A stretch of DNA of 55,753 nt from a virus. Lineage: Duplodnaviria > Caudoviricetes. A model generated the notes under the pieces. It was given only the letters and a program-made list of their open reading frames with translations, was not told the DNA's origin and did not search any database. Positions within the stretch are counted from its first letter, which is position 1. Each line of letters starts with the position of its first letter. The position numbers were made by a program, and so were the translations under genes. Positions 19,093 to 29,703 of this stretch are shown here, piece by piece. The DNA lies in IMG/VR virus record IMGVR_UViG_3300022934_000025, positions 1 through 55,753 of that record; one strand, written 5' to 3'.

Positions 19093-20900
19093 TACGCCAT
19101 TGCCCTCCCGCGGCGTTCAAGATTGCGCATAACTGAGTACATGTTCTTGATGCCGTTGTTAAGATTTCCGTTGCCTAAGCCACGTACTGCGTCGGTGGTC
19201 ATAACAAACTCACCGGGCATTAGCATGGCTCGAACGCTATCTTCACCCGGAGTACCCTCGTTAGGCATAATGCCGCCGTTGCGGCGCGGGAACATAGCTC
19301 CACCCTCTGCGGCCTGTGTCACGTAAGGACGTGCAAACGGTCCGCCGGGGTTGCTGGCCATCAGATAGCCAGACTCATTAACCGGAGGTGGTGCAATCAC
19401 CGGTTGGAATGCTGGAGGAAGATAAGCCGCTTCCTCTTCAGTCGTTGTTTCTTGTCCTACAGGCTCGTATTCGCCTGTTTCTTCGTTTAGCTGAATTTGA
19501 CCAAGGTTCTTAACGAGATACTTGCCGGGGTCTTGTGCGATCAAATCGGTTCCAGTAACCGGGCTGCCATCTGGGTTGTAATCCAAAAAGTTGGCTTGCT
19601 CGATTTCGGGTGTATCGAAGAAGCCTGCTCCTGCGGCTACAGCGGTTCCTGCTAGTGCAGTAGGACCATATCGTGTCAATATGCCCGGACCTGCGGCAGC
19701 TTGAGCCGCTTTTAATCCCGCTTCAGTAGGAGCAATTCCGGCTGCCGCCATGTCCGATAGATAAGTTTGACCTGCCGTGCTTTGTAATTTTGCAATTTCT
19801 TCAGGCGTTTTACCCCCTCGGAACATCACGTCACCGGTCTTTTCAAGGAAGCTTCTTTCCGCACCTTCACTCGCTACATTTTCTGCGGTTTCTTTCACTA
19901 CATTTTCTGTGACTGTAGTGCCAGTAGCTGCGCCACCTGCGGGCGGCGGAATGGTTAAAGATTCGCCCGCAATAATCATATTGGGGTCAGTGATTTGTGG
20001 GTTAGCCGCCATAAGAGCATCGACTGTCGTGCCATTTTTAGCAGCAATCTGGCTTAACGTATCACCCGATTGAATGACTTGAGACGTTGGGACCGCAGAA
20101 CCTGTCACATCGGTGACTGCTTGGAAATCTTTGCCAATAGCGTCTCTAAATCCTTGGAAAGAACCGCTTTGCAATCCTTCACCTATGTTACTGAATGCTT
20201 GTGAGAACCGTGCGCCGGGATTCGAGGCTGCTTCACCGACTTTCTGGAAGAAACCCTTACTTGGATCACCTGTAAATCCGGCGGTTACACCACCAATCGC
20301 GCCAGAAACAAGCGCAGACTTCAATGCGTCCTTAATACTACCGCCGCCTATGAGCGTTCCGATACCAGAACCTAATGCGGCTCCGTACATTGGGCCCAAA
20401 GCAGGTAGCAAGAAAGGCATTGCAATAGGCAAGATGATCGGCGCGACCTTCTTGACCACTTTAACAACGGCCTTAACTACCTTTTTTATGCCCTTAACTA
20501 CTTTCTTAAATAATTTCTTGAGGAAAAACTCTGGTAATCCAGTGGTAGGGTTGAGATCGTTTGATTCAGAACCGACAACGTAAGCTTCAGGGTCCTCTAC
20601 ACCAGCTTCTTCAAGCATTTCGAAGATGCGCTGCTTCATTACCTCGTCTTCGAGGAATTGAGCAGGAATAACTAATTCGCCCTCTGCAACGTGGGCCAGC
20701 ATGTTGTCTTCATTACGGCCATATTTGGCCATGCGCTCTGCAAGCGCAGGAAACTGGGCTATACCATCGTCACCAAAGTCTTCAGCTTTATCAGCATATA
20801 CCTCATCCGCCTCGTCATCTTCCATGACGAAATCGCCAATACCACCGGTCGGGACTTCCAATTCTTCATTTTCTTCAATTTTTAACGCTTCTTCAGCCAT
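19092..20900 (-). CDS. Ejection/internal protein with LysM domain
   Basis: LysM: VIQSGDTLSQIAAKNGTTVDALMAANPQITDPNMIIAGESLTIP; two D-x-x-x-A-x-[VL]-x-x-GE-x-V modules; basic amphipathic segment. Confidence 0.8.
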   Translation of the reverse strand: MAEEALKIEENEELEVPTGGIGDFVMEDDEADEVYADKAEDFGDDGIAQFPALAERMAKYGRNEDNMLAHVAEGELVIPAQFLEDEVMKQRIFEMLEEAGVEDPEAYVVGSESNDLNPTTGLPEFFLKKLFKKVVKGIKKVVKAVVKVVKKVAPIILPIAMPFLLPALGPMYGAALGSGIGTLIGGGSIKDALKSALVSGAIGGVTAGFTGDPSKGFFQKVGEAASNPGARFSQAFSNIGEGLQSGSFQGFRDAIGKDFQAVTDVTGSAVPTSQVIQSGDTLSQIAAKNGTTVDALMAANPQITDPNMIIAGESLTIPPPAGGAATGTTVTENVVKETAENVASEGAERSFLEKTGDVMFRGGKTPEEIAKLQSTAGQTYLSDMAAAGIAPTEAGLKAAQAAAGPGILTRYGPTALAGTAVAAGAGFFDTPEIEQANFLDYNPDGSPVTGTDLIAQDPGKYLVKNLGQIQLNEETGEYEPVGQETTTEEEAAYLPPAFQPVIAPPPVNESGYLMASNPGGPFARPYVTQAAEGGAMFPRRNGGIMPNEGTPGEDSVRAMLMPGEFVMTTDAVRGLGNGNLNNGIKNMYSVMRNLERRGRAMA

Positions 20901-21133
20901 TATCCCGCTCCGCCGGTTATGCTTTCAGGCATAGTTACTTGTATCATTGTACTTCTGTTCTCAGTTCCAGTCCATGAAGAACCACACTGGGGACAGTTTC
21001 CATCCGGATAAGATGCAATCTCCTCTGGAGTATCAACCTCATTAGTACACGTAGCACAATGCACCACGTCTCGGCTAGTAGAAGGTTTCCATTGACTGCC
21101 GTCCGGCATATTAATAATTGTTCCATCACTCAT
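20900..21133 (-). CDS. Small zinc-ribbon protein
   Basis: CATC...CPQC. Confidence 0.7.
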   Translation of the reverse strand: MSDGTIINMPDGSQWKPSTSRDVVHCATCTNEVDTPEEIASYPDGNCPQCGSSWTGTENRSTMIQVTMPESITGGAG

Positions 21134-21426
21134 GATATTGTCACCGTTACGCTACCTACGCCGCCAGATGCTTGTGATCCTCGCAAGTAAGGCTTATTAG
21201 CTACAGTTATGCGTAACTCATCGCCATATTGGAAAATACCGCCGATAGGAAGGTTATAATTGTCGGTCTGCAAGTCAGGCAAAGTTAAAGCTGATGCCTG
21301 CCAAGGACCGGGGTTGTTAACTTGTTGTAGAAAAACAGAAAAGGCGCGGACAACCTCCGCCATGTACTGAGCGTCATACTCAGTAGGCGCGTTAGGAAAG
21401 AGTGGTTGTACTAAGCCTCTACTCAT
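21130..21426 (-). CDS. Hypothetical virion protein
   Basis: 98 aa, coupled to neighbours, PNAPTEYD motif. Confidence 0.7.
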   Translation of the reverse strand: MSRGLVQPLFPNAPTEYDAQYMAEVVRAFSVFLQQVNNPGPWQASALTLPDLQTDNYNLPIGGIFQYGDELRITVANKPYLRGSQASGGVGSVTVTIS

Positions 21427-23348
21427 CTACGCCCATCCGGTCTAAGTTCTACACGTGGTGTCCCTAATCTCCATTCGACGCCTGTCGTATCGGACTCAAT
21501 CTTGAGCGCAAACGAGCGTCCTCGCATTCGTAATCGCACCTGATCTGTAAATTGCTCAACAGGGACGGTTGAGCTACGAATAACGTTGCTGCTTACGGTT
21601 TGGCTGTAATCTGTACCCGGAAAACGTCTGGTTTCGAGTGTGAAATCCACGTTTGGCGACGGTGAAGTCGAGCCATCAAACGTTACGTCAGGTATCAGTT
21701 TGCTCAAGAATACGAAGTTATCGCCTGCCCCCATCGACATCTGACTGCTCTCAATATAGGAGCTAATAGCGGCTGGAGGGTTAACACTGCCGTCGTCTGT
21801 ACCAAACTCGTGGTAGTACAAATAACCGTCAGTGCTGGCTGCAATAGGATATTGCTGAATACCTCGGTCAATCCAAGCAGTTCTTGTCAGATTGCCGTAG
21901 TACCAAACCTGCTCTTGGTAGTTGTAGCACACATACTTGTCGATAGTGTCGGAATCGGCAGAGGGGTAGAACCACCAAATCTCTGAATACGAAGAGTTAA
22001 CCGCAGCCGTGACTTTTTCAGCTTGGTCTTGGTTAAAGTCGTTGAAAACATAGGCCCTTACAGAACAAGGTAGCTTCTGCACTTGACCGGTGTAGATATA
22101 AAACTCTTCCTCACCCATCCACATAACCATATCGTCTACCGCAATAGCGGCTAACGGGCTGGCAATCGTGATGTTTTCCGAAATCATCGAAATACCGAAG
22201 GTAAACGGAGGCCCTAAATACTGCATCGCGTGGAGCGATCTATCAGTAAATACAAGGATTTGCTGCCTTGTTTCGAGGGCCGTGATGATTTCAGAACCCG
22301 TGCCGATCCGCAAATCACCAGCCGTATTGGTAGCTTGGGCTGACCAGACTAAGGGGTTTTCCTGATCCGAAAAGCGGATCAGCAACGGGTCTTGTGTGCC
22401 AATATCGTCTTGGGGGTCGCAACCAAACACAATGACGTGTCTGTCACGATCCGAAATCATGACCTGTTTTGCGATAGTAGGCGTTGTAGTGTCTGCGCCC
22501 GCAAGGTCTTTGAGTTCTACTGCACGAGCAAAAGGTGCTGAACTGGTCGATTTATCCCAGTAGTAGATACCACCGTTGCGAACGTTAATAATTAAGTCTT
22601 CACCAAAGTTGTCATGGCTCCAAATACGCAGGATGTCGCCTACCGCAGTCAAGCTGGCGGCAGAGCCCCACGCTCCACGGGACCACGTACCTGCACCCCA
22701 ACCAGTCCCAGCAACCGTAGTATCCAAACCACTTTGGATTTGATACGCGCCGACGACAGACGCTCCGCCGTTACCGGTGTCTGAGCTATTAGCAAGTACA
22801 GGGGTAGGTGTGTAAGTACCGTCAATGGTAATGTCGTTCAGAGAGGCAACTTCTCTTGCAACGACCTCATACGAGTTTGTATTGACGATACGAGATATTT
22901 GATATTCTTGGTTGAGAACATCTGCCGTAATGTTACCCCCAAGCGATGCAGCGCCACTAAAAGTAACAAAATCGTTTTCTAACGCGCCATGGCCAGTATC
23001 GGTAACAGTCAGTGTGGATGAGCCGTTGGTCGCGGAAAACGTTACGTCGCCCGCGCTAGTCGTCTCACGGATTGGAGTGATGTCGTTATAGCCACCACCT
23101 TCGTTGATGTAGTATTTTAGATGCGTTCCGACACCCAGATAACTTTCGCCAGCAAGAGCAACAAAAGGTTTTATAGCACGGCATGTGCCTAAGAAGCTTT
23201 TACCGGAATACTTGGACCAGCCGCCTATCTTTTCTGGGGTGCCGAAACGAAACCTTACTTTGTCACAGTCAAACCAACCGCCCTCGTTTGTGTACGAAGT
23301 GGTCTCTCGGTTTACTCCGGGTCTAAACTGTAACTTTTGTAAAGGCAT
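21423..23348 (-). CDS. Tail nozzle / packaged-DNA stabilization protein
   Basis: 641 aa beta-rich; LLIRFSDQENP, W-x-x-x-x-TNTAGD and C-terminal PDGRR typical of marine podovirus stabilization proteins. Confidence 0.75.
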   Translation of the reverse strand: MPLQKLQFRPGVNRETTSYTNEGGWFDCDKVRFRFGTPEKIGGWSKYSGKSFLGTCRAIKPFVALAGESYLGVGTHLKYYINEGGGYNDITPIRETTSAGDVTFSATNGSSTLTVTDTGHGALENDFVTFSGAASLGGNITADVLNQEYQISRIVNTNSYEVVAREVASLNDITIDGTYTPTPVLANSSDTGNGGASVVGAYQIQSGLDTTVAGTGWGAGTWSRGAWGSAASLTAVGDILRIWSHDNFGEDLIINVRNGGIYYWDKSTSSAPFARAVELKDLAGADTTTPTIAKQVMISDRDRHVIVFGCDPQDDIGTQDPLLIRFSDQENPLVWSAQATNTAGDLRIGTGSEIITALETRQQILVFTDRSLHAMQYLGPPFTFGISMISENITIASPLAAIAVDDMVMWMGEEEFYIYTGQVQKLPCSVRAYVFNDFNQDQAEKVTAAVNSSYSEIWWFYPSADSDTIDKYVCYNYQEQVWYYGNLTRTAWIDRGIQQYPIAASTDGYLYYHEFGTDDGSVNPPAAISSYIESSQMSMGAGDNFVFLSKLIPDVTFDGSTSPSPNVDFTLETRRFPGTDYSQTVSSNVIRSSTVPVEQFTDQVRLRMRGRSFALKIESDTTGVEWRLGTPRVELRPDGRR

Positions 23349-23349
23349 A

Positions 23350-23589
23350 TCATCCGTTCACTACTTCAGCTTCTTCAGGTGCGTCAGACGCGGCTAACGA
23401 GTCTTTTAGCATTTGAAAGAAAGCTTGGCGACCTACATCAAGCTGATCTAGGTTGAAGCGTAGGCTTCCCATCTTTTTGTCCAAGTCCGCTATGTGATTA
23501 ACCATAGCTACTTGCTGTTCCGTTAAGTCTTCAACGTTGTACTCAACATCATCGACAGTAATGGTTTTCTTTTCATTTTTCGCCATCAT
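23350..23589 (-). CDS. Tail-fibre-associated small coiled-coil protein
   Basis: ITVDDVEYNVEDL then heptads; downstream of tail fibre. Confidence 0.7.
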   Translation of the reverse strand: MMAKNEKKTITVDDVEYNVEDLTEQQVAMVNHIADLDKKMGSLRFNLDQLDVGRQAFFQMLKDSLAASDAPEEAEVVNG

Positions 23590-23611
23590 AAGTCTCCTTG
23601 TCGGTTAAAAT

Positions 23612-23965
23612 TTATTCAGAATCCCAAGGCAGTCCGCCGGACTCCGAGTTTGCACGATCAATCTGACCTTGTACTTTTGCAGTACGGTCAGCTTCAACAC
23701 GAGCTTTTGCTTCGTCGGCAGTTTCGTCGCCTTCAATTAGGCTGTTGTAAACCCAACCAAGCACATCGGCTTCAGTCAGATCAGCATACGGAATAAAGTC
23801 CGGTGCTGATGCGTCGTAGGTAAGACGGAGTTTCCCGCCCTCTGTAGCTGTATAAGACGGAGTTCCGTCGCTTGCAGCTACGCAGGACCAATAAACAAGG
23901 ATAACGCCCCCGTCTGAATCTTTATGCGTCATTTCTTTGACGCTCCAAGTTGTAGTAATTGCCAT
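23612..23965 (-). CDS. Tail-fibre-associated protein (DUF7936-like)
   Basis: FIPYADLTEADVLGWV and GLPW C-terminus. Confidence 0.72.
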   Translation of the reverse strand: MAITTTWSVKEMTHKDSDGGVILVYWSCVAASDGTPSYTATEGGKLRLTYDASAPDFIPYADLTEADVLGWVYNSLIEGDETADEAKARVEADRTAKVQGQIDRANSESGGLPWDSE

Positions 23966-23992
23966 GTTTCTTTCTCCTTTAATGACAGTTGG

Positions 23993-26900
23993 TTAAAATT
24001 GTGTACCACCACCAGTAAACCAAGCACTGATGCCAGTGCTTACTCCGCTAGTGTTTGTGATGCGAATAGTGCCTGTTGCAACATAAGTCACGGTAAAACT
24101 CGCCGCTGAACTGCCGTCCGCTGTATGTAGCACAGATGTGTTAAATCCGGGAAATTGGTTGTTAGCCAAAATCGAAATAAGAGATTGTGTTCTTTGAGAA
24201 CCGTTTGCCATCGAGGAGTTATTAACCCCCAACATTCCTGTCCAGTAGTTAATGCTACTGTTACCAATGTTTACATCAATGTATGACCCGGATGCGACGT
24301 TAACTTCCTCGACATAAGCAACTAATCCGCCTCCGTTCTCAGCGCCGCCTAACTTTACAGTGGTGTCGAATCCACTTGCTTGAGTGTTGTCGTCATTAAT
24401 TGCGATGCCTTTTTTAGAGGCCTCGACGAAAAGCGCATGAGTATTGCTATCAGACTCAACGCGGAAGTCTTGGTCGTAACTATCCTCGTTAAAAATTGTT
24501 ACGCCATCGTAGTCAAAAGACATGACGGGCTTTTCGGTAGTGCCGTTATCTGTGTAAATCGAGGCTCGCGTAATTGGACTACCGCTGTTGTAGTCTCTTT
24601 TGATCCCAAACTGAACGCCGTCGTTATCCGTTAAAGCTATGTGGGAACCACGAGCTGTATTAGTATTTACGTTTATGTAACCTACATGATTTCCAGACCC
24701 GTCATTTGTAGCGTCTAATGTAAGCGTGGTAGTAGCCCCATTTTGTAGAATAGAAGTTCCATCAATCTGAAGCGTGGCTGTCGGTGACGAGGTTCCAACC
24801 CCGACCCGATTATTGCCAGCATCAACAAACAACATCGCGCTGTTTGCGTTAGACTCAACGCGGAAGTCTACGTCGGCACTGTTGTCATTAATTGTAACCC
24901 CACCCTCAAGTTGAGAGGCATTGTTTGCCTTGAAAAGACCGGATACGCCAACAATCTGCACGGTGTTTGCGGCGTTATAGGTATCAAAACAAAAGGCGTC
25001 TCCGCGCACTGCTAGTTTTGACGTTGAGTTTCCTTGGTCAATAAAAGTAAGTGTCGGGTTTTCAAAGCCACTTGTCGAACCATTGTGAATGGTAATGCCT
25101 TTATCTGAAGCAGAACTAAAAACTGTTAAGGTGTCACTCGTTGATGCGCTGTTTATTCCAACAGTTGACGTGCCTGCATCCATATAAATTGCATGAGTAT
25201 TGCTGTCAGACTCAACGCGGAAGTCTTGGTCGTTACTGCTTTCGTTAAAGACAATTTGGTCACGCTCAAACCTAGCGCGTTCAGCACCCATCGTATGGAT
25301 TTCAAAACGTCCACCCGTAGACTCTGTGTCCTGAGCATCAATGATAGCTACACCATCGTTTTGACCGCTACGGGACGCAGTAGATAAAGCAAGACCGCGA
25401 TTGTTGGTGCTTGTAAATACTGCTTGCTTGCTGTTTAAGCCGCCATTGACATTAAGAATGCCGCCAAAGTCTGTTGTGTTGCCGATATTTACGGTGTCTG
25501 CGGAGGCATCGATAAACAATATGTTGGAGTTGTTGTCAGACTCTACTCTAAAGTCAGCACTAGCGCCTTGTTCGTTAAAAATTGCAGCCCCGTCGCCAGC
25601 AATCCTATGAACAAGATTGCCATCAGTGTTCGTAACATCAAAACGACTGTTATAGGTATTTGAAGAATCTGCGGCTAGTTCAAAAACACCAATCGCTCCG
25701 GTAGAGCCTATCTTAAACGTGTTGCTTTGCCACCGCATCTCTCTTGAGGAATCAAAATACAGATCGCCTGCAACGTTTAGGAAACCGCCCAGATCAGAAG
25801 ACGTACCGATGTTTACATGGTTGCTTCCGCCGTCAATGTACAACATATTAGGGTTGCCACTGGTCTCAACGCGGAAATCTAGGTCTCTTGCCGATTCATT
25901 GAATACTGTTTCGCTTGAGTTAAAGGTTTGGACTATTTTGCTATCAGGAGTTTCGCTAGATGTGTTTCTACCGTGATAAAAATTCCAAATTGTCCCACTG
26001 GTAATTTGATACCAGCCACTTTCTAAAGTATCTAAACTTGCAATACCTCCACCGTAAGAGCCTCTTCCCAAAATAGCTGGCCTATGAGCGGCTGATGCGG
26101 CGTTTGCTGATCCTGTAACAATTAAATTTCCTGCACTTAGGTCAGAAGCCCCCGCTATGTTTACTGAATCATTACCAGCATCAACAAACAGCATATTAGC
26201 GTTGTTGTCAGACTCAACACGGAAGTCTAAATCAACGCTTGTATTGTTTATGACAATTTCTTTACCAGTCAATCCGTTAATAGAAAGGTTTTCTGAACTG
26301 TCTTCTACAATAACAAAATCATCTGACGTTGATCTGCGGAAGATAAGGCTTTTGGAGTTCGATCCGCCAGAGGCAATGGCTATGGCTCTGTCAGAGGAAT
26401 CGTTTTGGTTGCCAACTTGAAAGTCCACATTTATTGAACTTGTGTTTACGCCTACCCTATTATTCGTGCTATCGACTTTTAGGGTGTCAGTGTCTACGGT
26501 TAAGTCGCCCGAGGCAGTGAGCGTTGTAAACGCGCCTGTTCCAGCACTTGACGCACCAATGTTGGTGCCATCAATTGAACCGCCGTTGATGTCCGTGGTG
26601 GTTAACACAGACGACGCAATAGTCATTACGCCTGTACTATTAGCCAAAGTAGCGGCTTCAGTGCCGTCATTAGCAGAAATACTGCTTACTTCAATATCGG
26701 TAGCGTTAACAACGTCATCTTTAAGCAAAACGCTGTCAATTGTGACTCCGCTGCCCGCAGTCGTTTCGTTAATCGTATTGGTTTTAAGTGCCTGACCAGA
26801 GTCTATCTCTGGGTTGGTTGATCCAGACGTAGCTCCGTTAGCTAGAACCTCGGCCCATGTATCGACCGTGCCTACCTGAGAGTCAACGTAAGCTTTAATG

Positions 26901-27586
26901 GATTGTTGCGTAGCAAGCTTGGTTGGGCTGTTTGAAGACATATCGTCTTCATCTTTAATGCCCGTAACCGTTGCGCCATCACCAGCAATGTTAAGGCTGG
27001 TGTTTGCAACAATAGTTGTACCTGTAATGGCCGCTGCGGTAGTGCCGCCAATAACAGAGTTATCTAGCGTACCGCCGTTGATGTCGGCAGTCGTCGCAGT
27101 AAGCGTGGGTGTAGTTAGTTCAGTGACACGTAGCTTGGTGTATACGTCAGTTACAGTAGCCGCAGAAGCGCCGCCACCGTCAAATTTGACCACCATGTCA
27201 ACGCCCGCAGGAACTTCTAGGTCACGCGCTGCGTCATAAGTGCCTTGAAAAAGCAGAATAGACTGGCTTCCTGCCAGACTATTTCTAATAAAAAGAATTT
27301 TTTCTGCGTCGTTAGGATCAAGCTGCAAGTAAGCCGACCCACCAAGGTCGCTTGCGCTATAGATTTCAATCCACTTATTGCGCCCGTCAGAGGCTGCACC
27401 GTTCGTGATTTGAAGCTGATTGGGTGAACCAGAAGTGCCCGCGCTGGTTAGGGTAACCCGTACCGCGCCGTTGATTGCTTGATCCAGAATATCGAAATTG
27501 GTGTTTGTAGTATCGCCCCATGTACCCGACTGCTCACCAGTAGCCGGTTTTTCAATACCGAGGTTAACTGTATAGGTACTTGGCAT
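23993..27586 (-). CDS. Tail fibre protein with six DFRVE[ST] repeat modules
   Basis: N-terminal ATGEQSGTWGDTTNTN anchor, ATQQSIKAYVD, repeated D-x-DFRVE[ST] units. Confidence 0.88.
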   Translation of the reverse strand: MPSTYTVNLGIEKPATGEQSGTWGDTTNTNFDILDQAINGAVRVTLTSAGTSGSPNQLQITNGAASDGRNKWIEIYSASDLGGSAYLQLDPNDAEKILFIRNSLAGSQSILLFQGTYDAARDLEVPAGVDMVVKFDGGGASAATVTDVYTKLRVTELTTPTLTATTADINGGTLDNSVIGGTTAAAITGTTIVANTSLNIAGDGATVTGIKDEDDMSSNSPTKLATQQSIKAYVDSQVGTVDTWAEVLANGATSGSTNPEIDSGQALKTNTINETTAGSGVTIDSVLLKDDVVNATDIEVSSISANDGTEAATLANSTGVMTIASSVLTTTDINGGSIDGTNIGASSAGTGAFTTLTASGDLTVDTDTLKVDSTNNRVGVNTSSINVDFQVGNQNDSSDRAIAIASGGSNSKSLIFRRSTSDDFVIVEDSSENLSINGLTGKEIVINNTSVDLDFRVESDNNANMLFVDAGNDSVNIAGASDLSAGNLIVTGSANAASAAHRPAILGRGSYGGGIASLDTLESGWYQITSGTIWNFYHGRNTSSETPDSKIVQTFNSSETVFNESARDLDFRVETSGNPNMLYIDGGSNHVNIGTSSDLGGFLNVAGDLYFDSSREMRWQSNTFKIGSTGAIGVFELAADSSNTYNSRFDVTNTDGNLVHRIAGDGAAIFNEQGASADFRVESDNNSNILFIDASADTVNIGNTTDFGGILNVNGGLNSKQAVFTSTNNRGLALSTASRSGQNDGVAIIDAQDTESTGGRFEIHTMGAERARFERDQIVFNESSNDQDFRVESDSNTHAIYMDAGTSTVGINSASTSDTLTVFSSASDKGITIHNGSTSGFENPTLTFIDQGNSTSKLAVRGDAFCFDTYNAANTVQIVGVSGLFKANNASQLEGGVTINDNSADVDFRVESNANSAMLFVDAGNNRVGVGTSSPTATLQIDGTSILQNGATTTLTLDATNDGSGNHVGYINVNTNTARGSHIALTDNDGVQFGIKRDYNSGSPITRASIYTDNGTTEKPVMSFDYDGVTIFNEDSYDQDFRVESDSNTHALFVEASKKGIAINDDNTQASGFDTTVKLGGAENGGGLVAYVEEVNVASGSYIDVNIGNSSINYWTGMLGVNNSSMANGSQRTQSLISILANNQFPGFNTSVLHTADGSSAASFTVTYVATGTIRITNTSGVSTGISAWFTGGGTQF

Positions 27587-27597
27587 CTAATTTATCC

Positions 27598-28302
27598 TCA
27601 CGCTGCTATTTGCGTCCAATTTGCGCTCTGGCTTGGTTCTTCCTCCGACCACGATGGCGACTGGTTAACATTAATCTCACTATAACTCGGATTTTGATCC
27701 GGCACAATGTTTCCGTAAACCAGTACAGTACCAACACTACCTGTTGCGCTGACTCCTATTACATTTACTAAAGCGTCTCCATTAATAGAAACGCTACCTA
27801 CCTGACCCGTCCCAGCGACTCCGCCAACGTTGATGGTTTGACCTGTGCTTACAGATACTGATCCAACGTTGCCTGTCGCAGACAAGCCTGTTACTGGCGC
27901 GTTAGCTTCGGCAATTACTGTTACCGAGCCCACTGAACCAGTAGCTTCAAGACCTGTTGGGAATACGTTTGCTGCCGCGTCTACAGTTACGGAACCAACG
28001 GACCCAGTGGCCTCTAATCCTGTGACGGGAACATTTGCTGTACCGGTAACGGTAACTGAGCCTACGGCTCCTGTTCCTGACACACCCGTAACATTAACGT
28101 TTGCATCTGCGGTAACCGTTACGGAGCCTACGGCTGCCGTCGCGGATAATCCGGTTACAGGAACGTTTGCATCTGCGTTTACAGTTACAGAACCTACGTT
28201 CCCGGTTGCGCCGGGGAGACCCTCGTCTTCGCCCCACGCTCCACCGCCCCAACCTTGGCTAGAAGAGTTCCAGCCCTTAAATGCGACGGTGATGTCCGCC
28301 AT
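27598..28302 (-). CDS. Val/Thr/Gly repeat virion protein
   Basis: About 8 copies of a ~23-aa TG-x-VGSVTV repeat; Trp-spaced termini. Confidence 0.75.
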   Translation of the reverse strand: MADITVAFKGWNSSSQGWGGGAWGEDEGLPGATGNVGSVTVNADANVPVTGLSATAAVGSVTVTADANVNVTGVSGTGAVGSVTVTGTANVPVTGLEATGSVGSVTVDAAANVFPTGLEATGSVGSVTVIAEANAPVTGLSATGNVGSVSVSTGQTINVGGVAGTGQVGSVSINGDALVNVIGVSATGSVGTVLVYGNIVPDQNPSYSEINVNQSPSWSEEEPSQSANWTQIAA

Positions 28303-28754
28303 TACGCTATCCGTATAATGGCATTACTTGCATCAGCGGTTGGAAAAACAATCGTAAAATCACCTGCGGTGGATGTTTTGTCGCCGCCGAAATCCAAAAC
28401 TACGACAGTCGGGTTAGTTACCGACAAAGAGGTAGTGTTTGGAGTTGTATTATAAATAAGTGCCCCACGTGCAGTTATTGTTGCCGTGGAGAAAGTTTCG
28501 TCTTGGAAGTCGGTCAAAGCCGTCGTACCAGACGAGGTTGGGTCTACGTTTGTCAACGCGCCGCCACCCGCGGTGTATCCCGTGCCGCTCACCTCATTAG
28601 AGGTTGTATAAGCAGTCGTAGACGCATCAAACGAGGCGTTGTTGTCATAGAGAGCAATTTTAAAAGTATCGCCGTTGGCGAGATCAAAATCGTGGACACC
28701 GTACAATAGCTCCTTCTTGAACGATGTACACATGAAGTTTCCACTGAAAGCCAT
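28302..28754 (-). CDS. Virion structural protein
   Basis: CTSFKKELL, FKIALY, LDFGGDKTSTAGDFTIVFP. Confidence 0.75.
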   Translation of the reverse strand: MAFSGNFMCTSFKKELLYGVHDFDLANGDTFKIALYDNNASFDASTTAYTTSNEVSGTGYTAGGGALTNVDPTSSGTTALTDFQDETFSTATITARGALIYNTTPNTTSLSVTNPTVVVLDFGGDKTSTAGDFTIVFPTADASNAIIRIA

Positions 28755-28756
28755 GG

Positions 28757-29056
28757 TTACAGTCTCCTAATTAATTCTGCGAGTTCAAGATTCCCAGAAT
28801 CCTTTATCGCGTTGTACACTGTGGTTCTATCACTTTTTATCGCTTCGCGCATGTAAAATTCCAGAACCTTGACAATGTGCTTACGAAAGGCATGTGCTTG
28901 TGCCTGTATCGCAGGGTTTGCCGAATCGCTAATTGAGATAATCTTATCCGCGCAACGCTCCGCCACCTCCTCCGGGGTAAAACCACGGTTTTGGGTGGTG
29001 TGTACTTCCACCTTAAAATCCGGGTTTAAATCTAACTCTAACGCTGGGAAGCTCAT
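28757..29056 (-). CDS. Hypothetical structural-module protein
   Basis: RGFTPEE...QAHAFR...AIKSDRTT motif; coupled to neighbours. Confidence 0.72.
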   Translation of the reverse strand: MSFPALELDLNPDFKVEVHTTQNRGFTPEEVAERCADKIISISDSANPAIQAQAHAFRKHIVKVLEFYMREAIKSDRTTVYNAIKDSGNLELAELIRRL

Positions 29057-29703
29057 TGTTTCGGCCTCACTAGCATTCCTGTGCGATAATCATCGGTGAC
29101 TTCTTTGTTTTCACCCAGCATCTTCATGCCTGTCATCGCTTCTGCAAATCTTTTTTCATACTGCGCCATTATATCTTGTTCGCCCTTCATATAGATATAA
29201 GCTTCGATCAAGCTGCCATAAAGCATGGCCATTTGGGCGTTTTCGCTCAACCAAGTAGTGCCGCTGTCTGCTCCTGCGGTCAAACTTGCTGGACGATAGA
29301 AATAATGTAGTTCTACAGCCCGCGCCGCGTTAGGCGTCGGACCAATAATAAAGTTGTCTACGTCAAAAACCGCGTAATAACGCGGATTACCTGTCGTAGC
29401 AGGGTTCGGATTAAAACTTTGCACGAAATCAGTGTCTTTGAACTCCAAAAACACCTTGTTGCTGTCTGCATCCGTGAAAGAAAGCGAAAAAGGGGCCAAA
29501 AAGTCGCTTGGACACGCCAAATACTGGTTGTCCTGCGTCATTGTGCCACTGACATTCTTTCTAAACAGGCTTAATTGAACGTTTTTAAGGATTCTTTCCT
29601 CTGCCTGACGTATAAACACAGGCAAATTGGTTACGAAAGAGCTTTCATCGTTCTCTGCGTAGTCTTGAATTGCTGTTTTTAGCTGTGCGTATGTAAAACT
29701 CAT
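29053..29703 (-). CDS. Head-tail adaptor-like protein
   Basis: TYAQLKTAIQDY, GNPRYYA, GPTPN, LYGSLIEAY. Confidence 0.75.
   Translation of the reverse strand: MSFTYAQLKTAIQDYAENDESSFVTNLPVFIRQAEERILKNVQLSLFRKNVSGTMTQDNQYLACPSDFLAPFSLSFTDADSNKVFLEFKDTDFVQSFNPNPATTGNPRYYAVFDVDNFIIGPTPNAARAVELHYFYRPASLTAGADSGTTWLSENAQMAMLYGSLIEAYIYMKGEQDIMAQYEKRFAEAMTGMKMLGENKEVTDDYRTGMLVRPKQ

Noticed and set aside
23993-27586. Diversity-generating retroelement acting on the tail fibre
   Set aside because: No reverse transcriptase and no separate template repeat; repeats are short in-frame module junctions.
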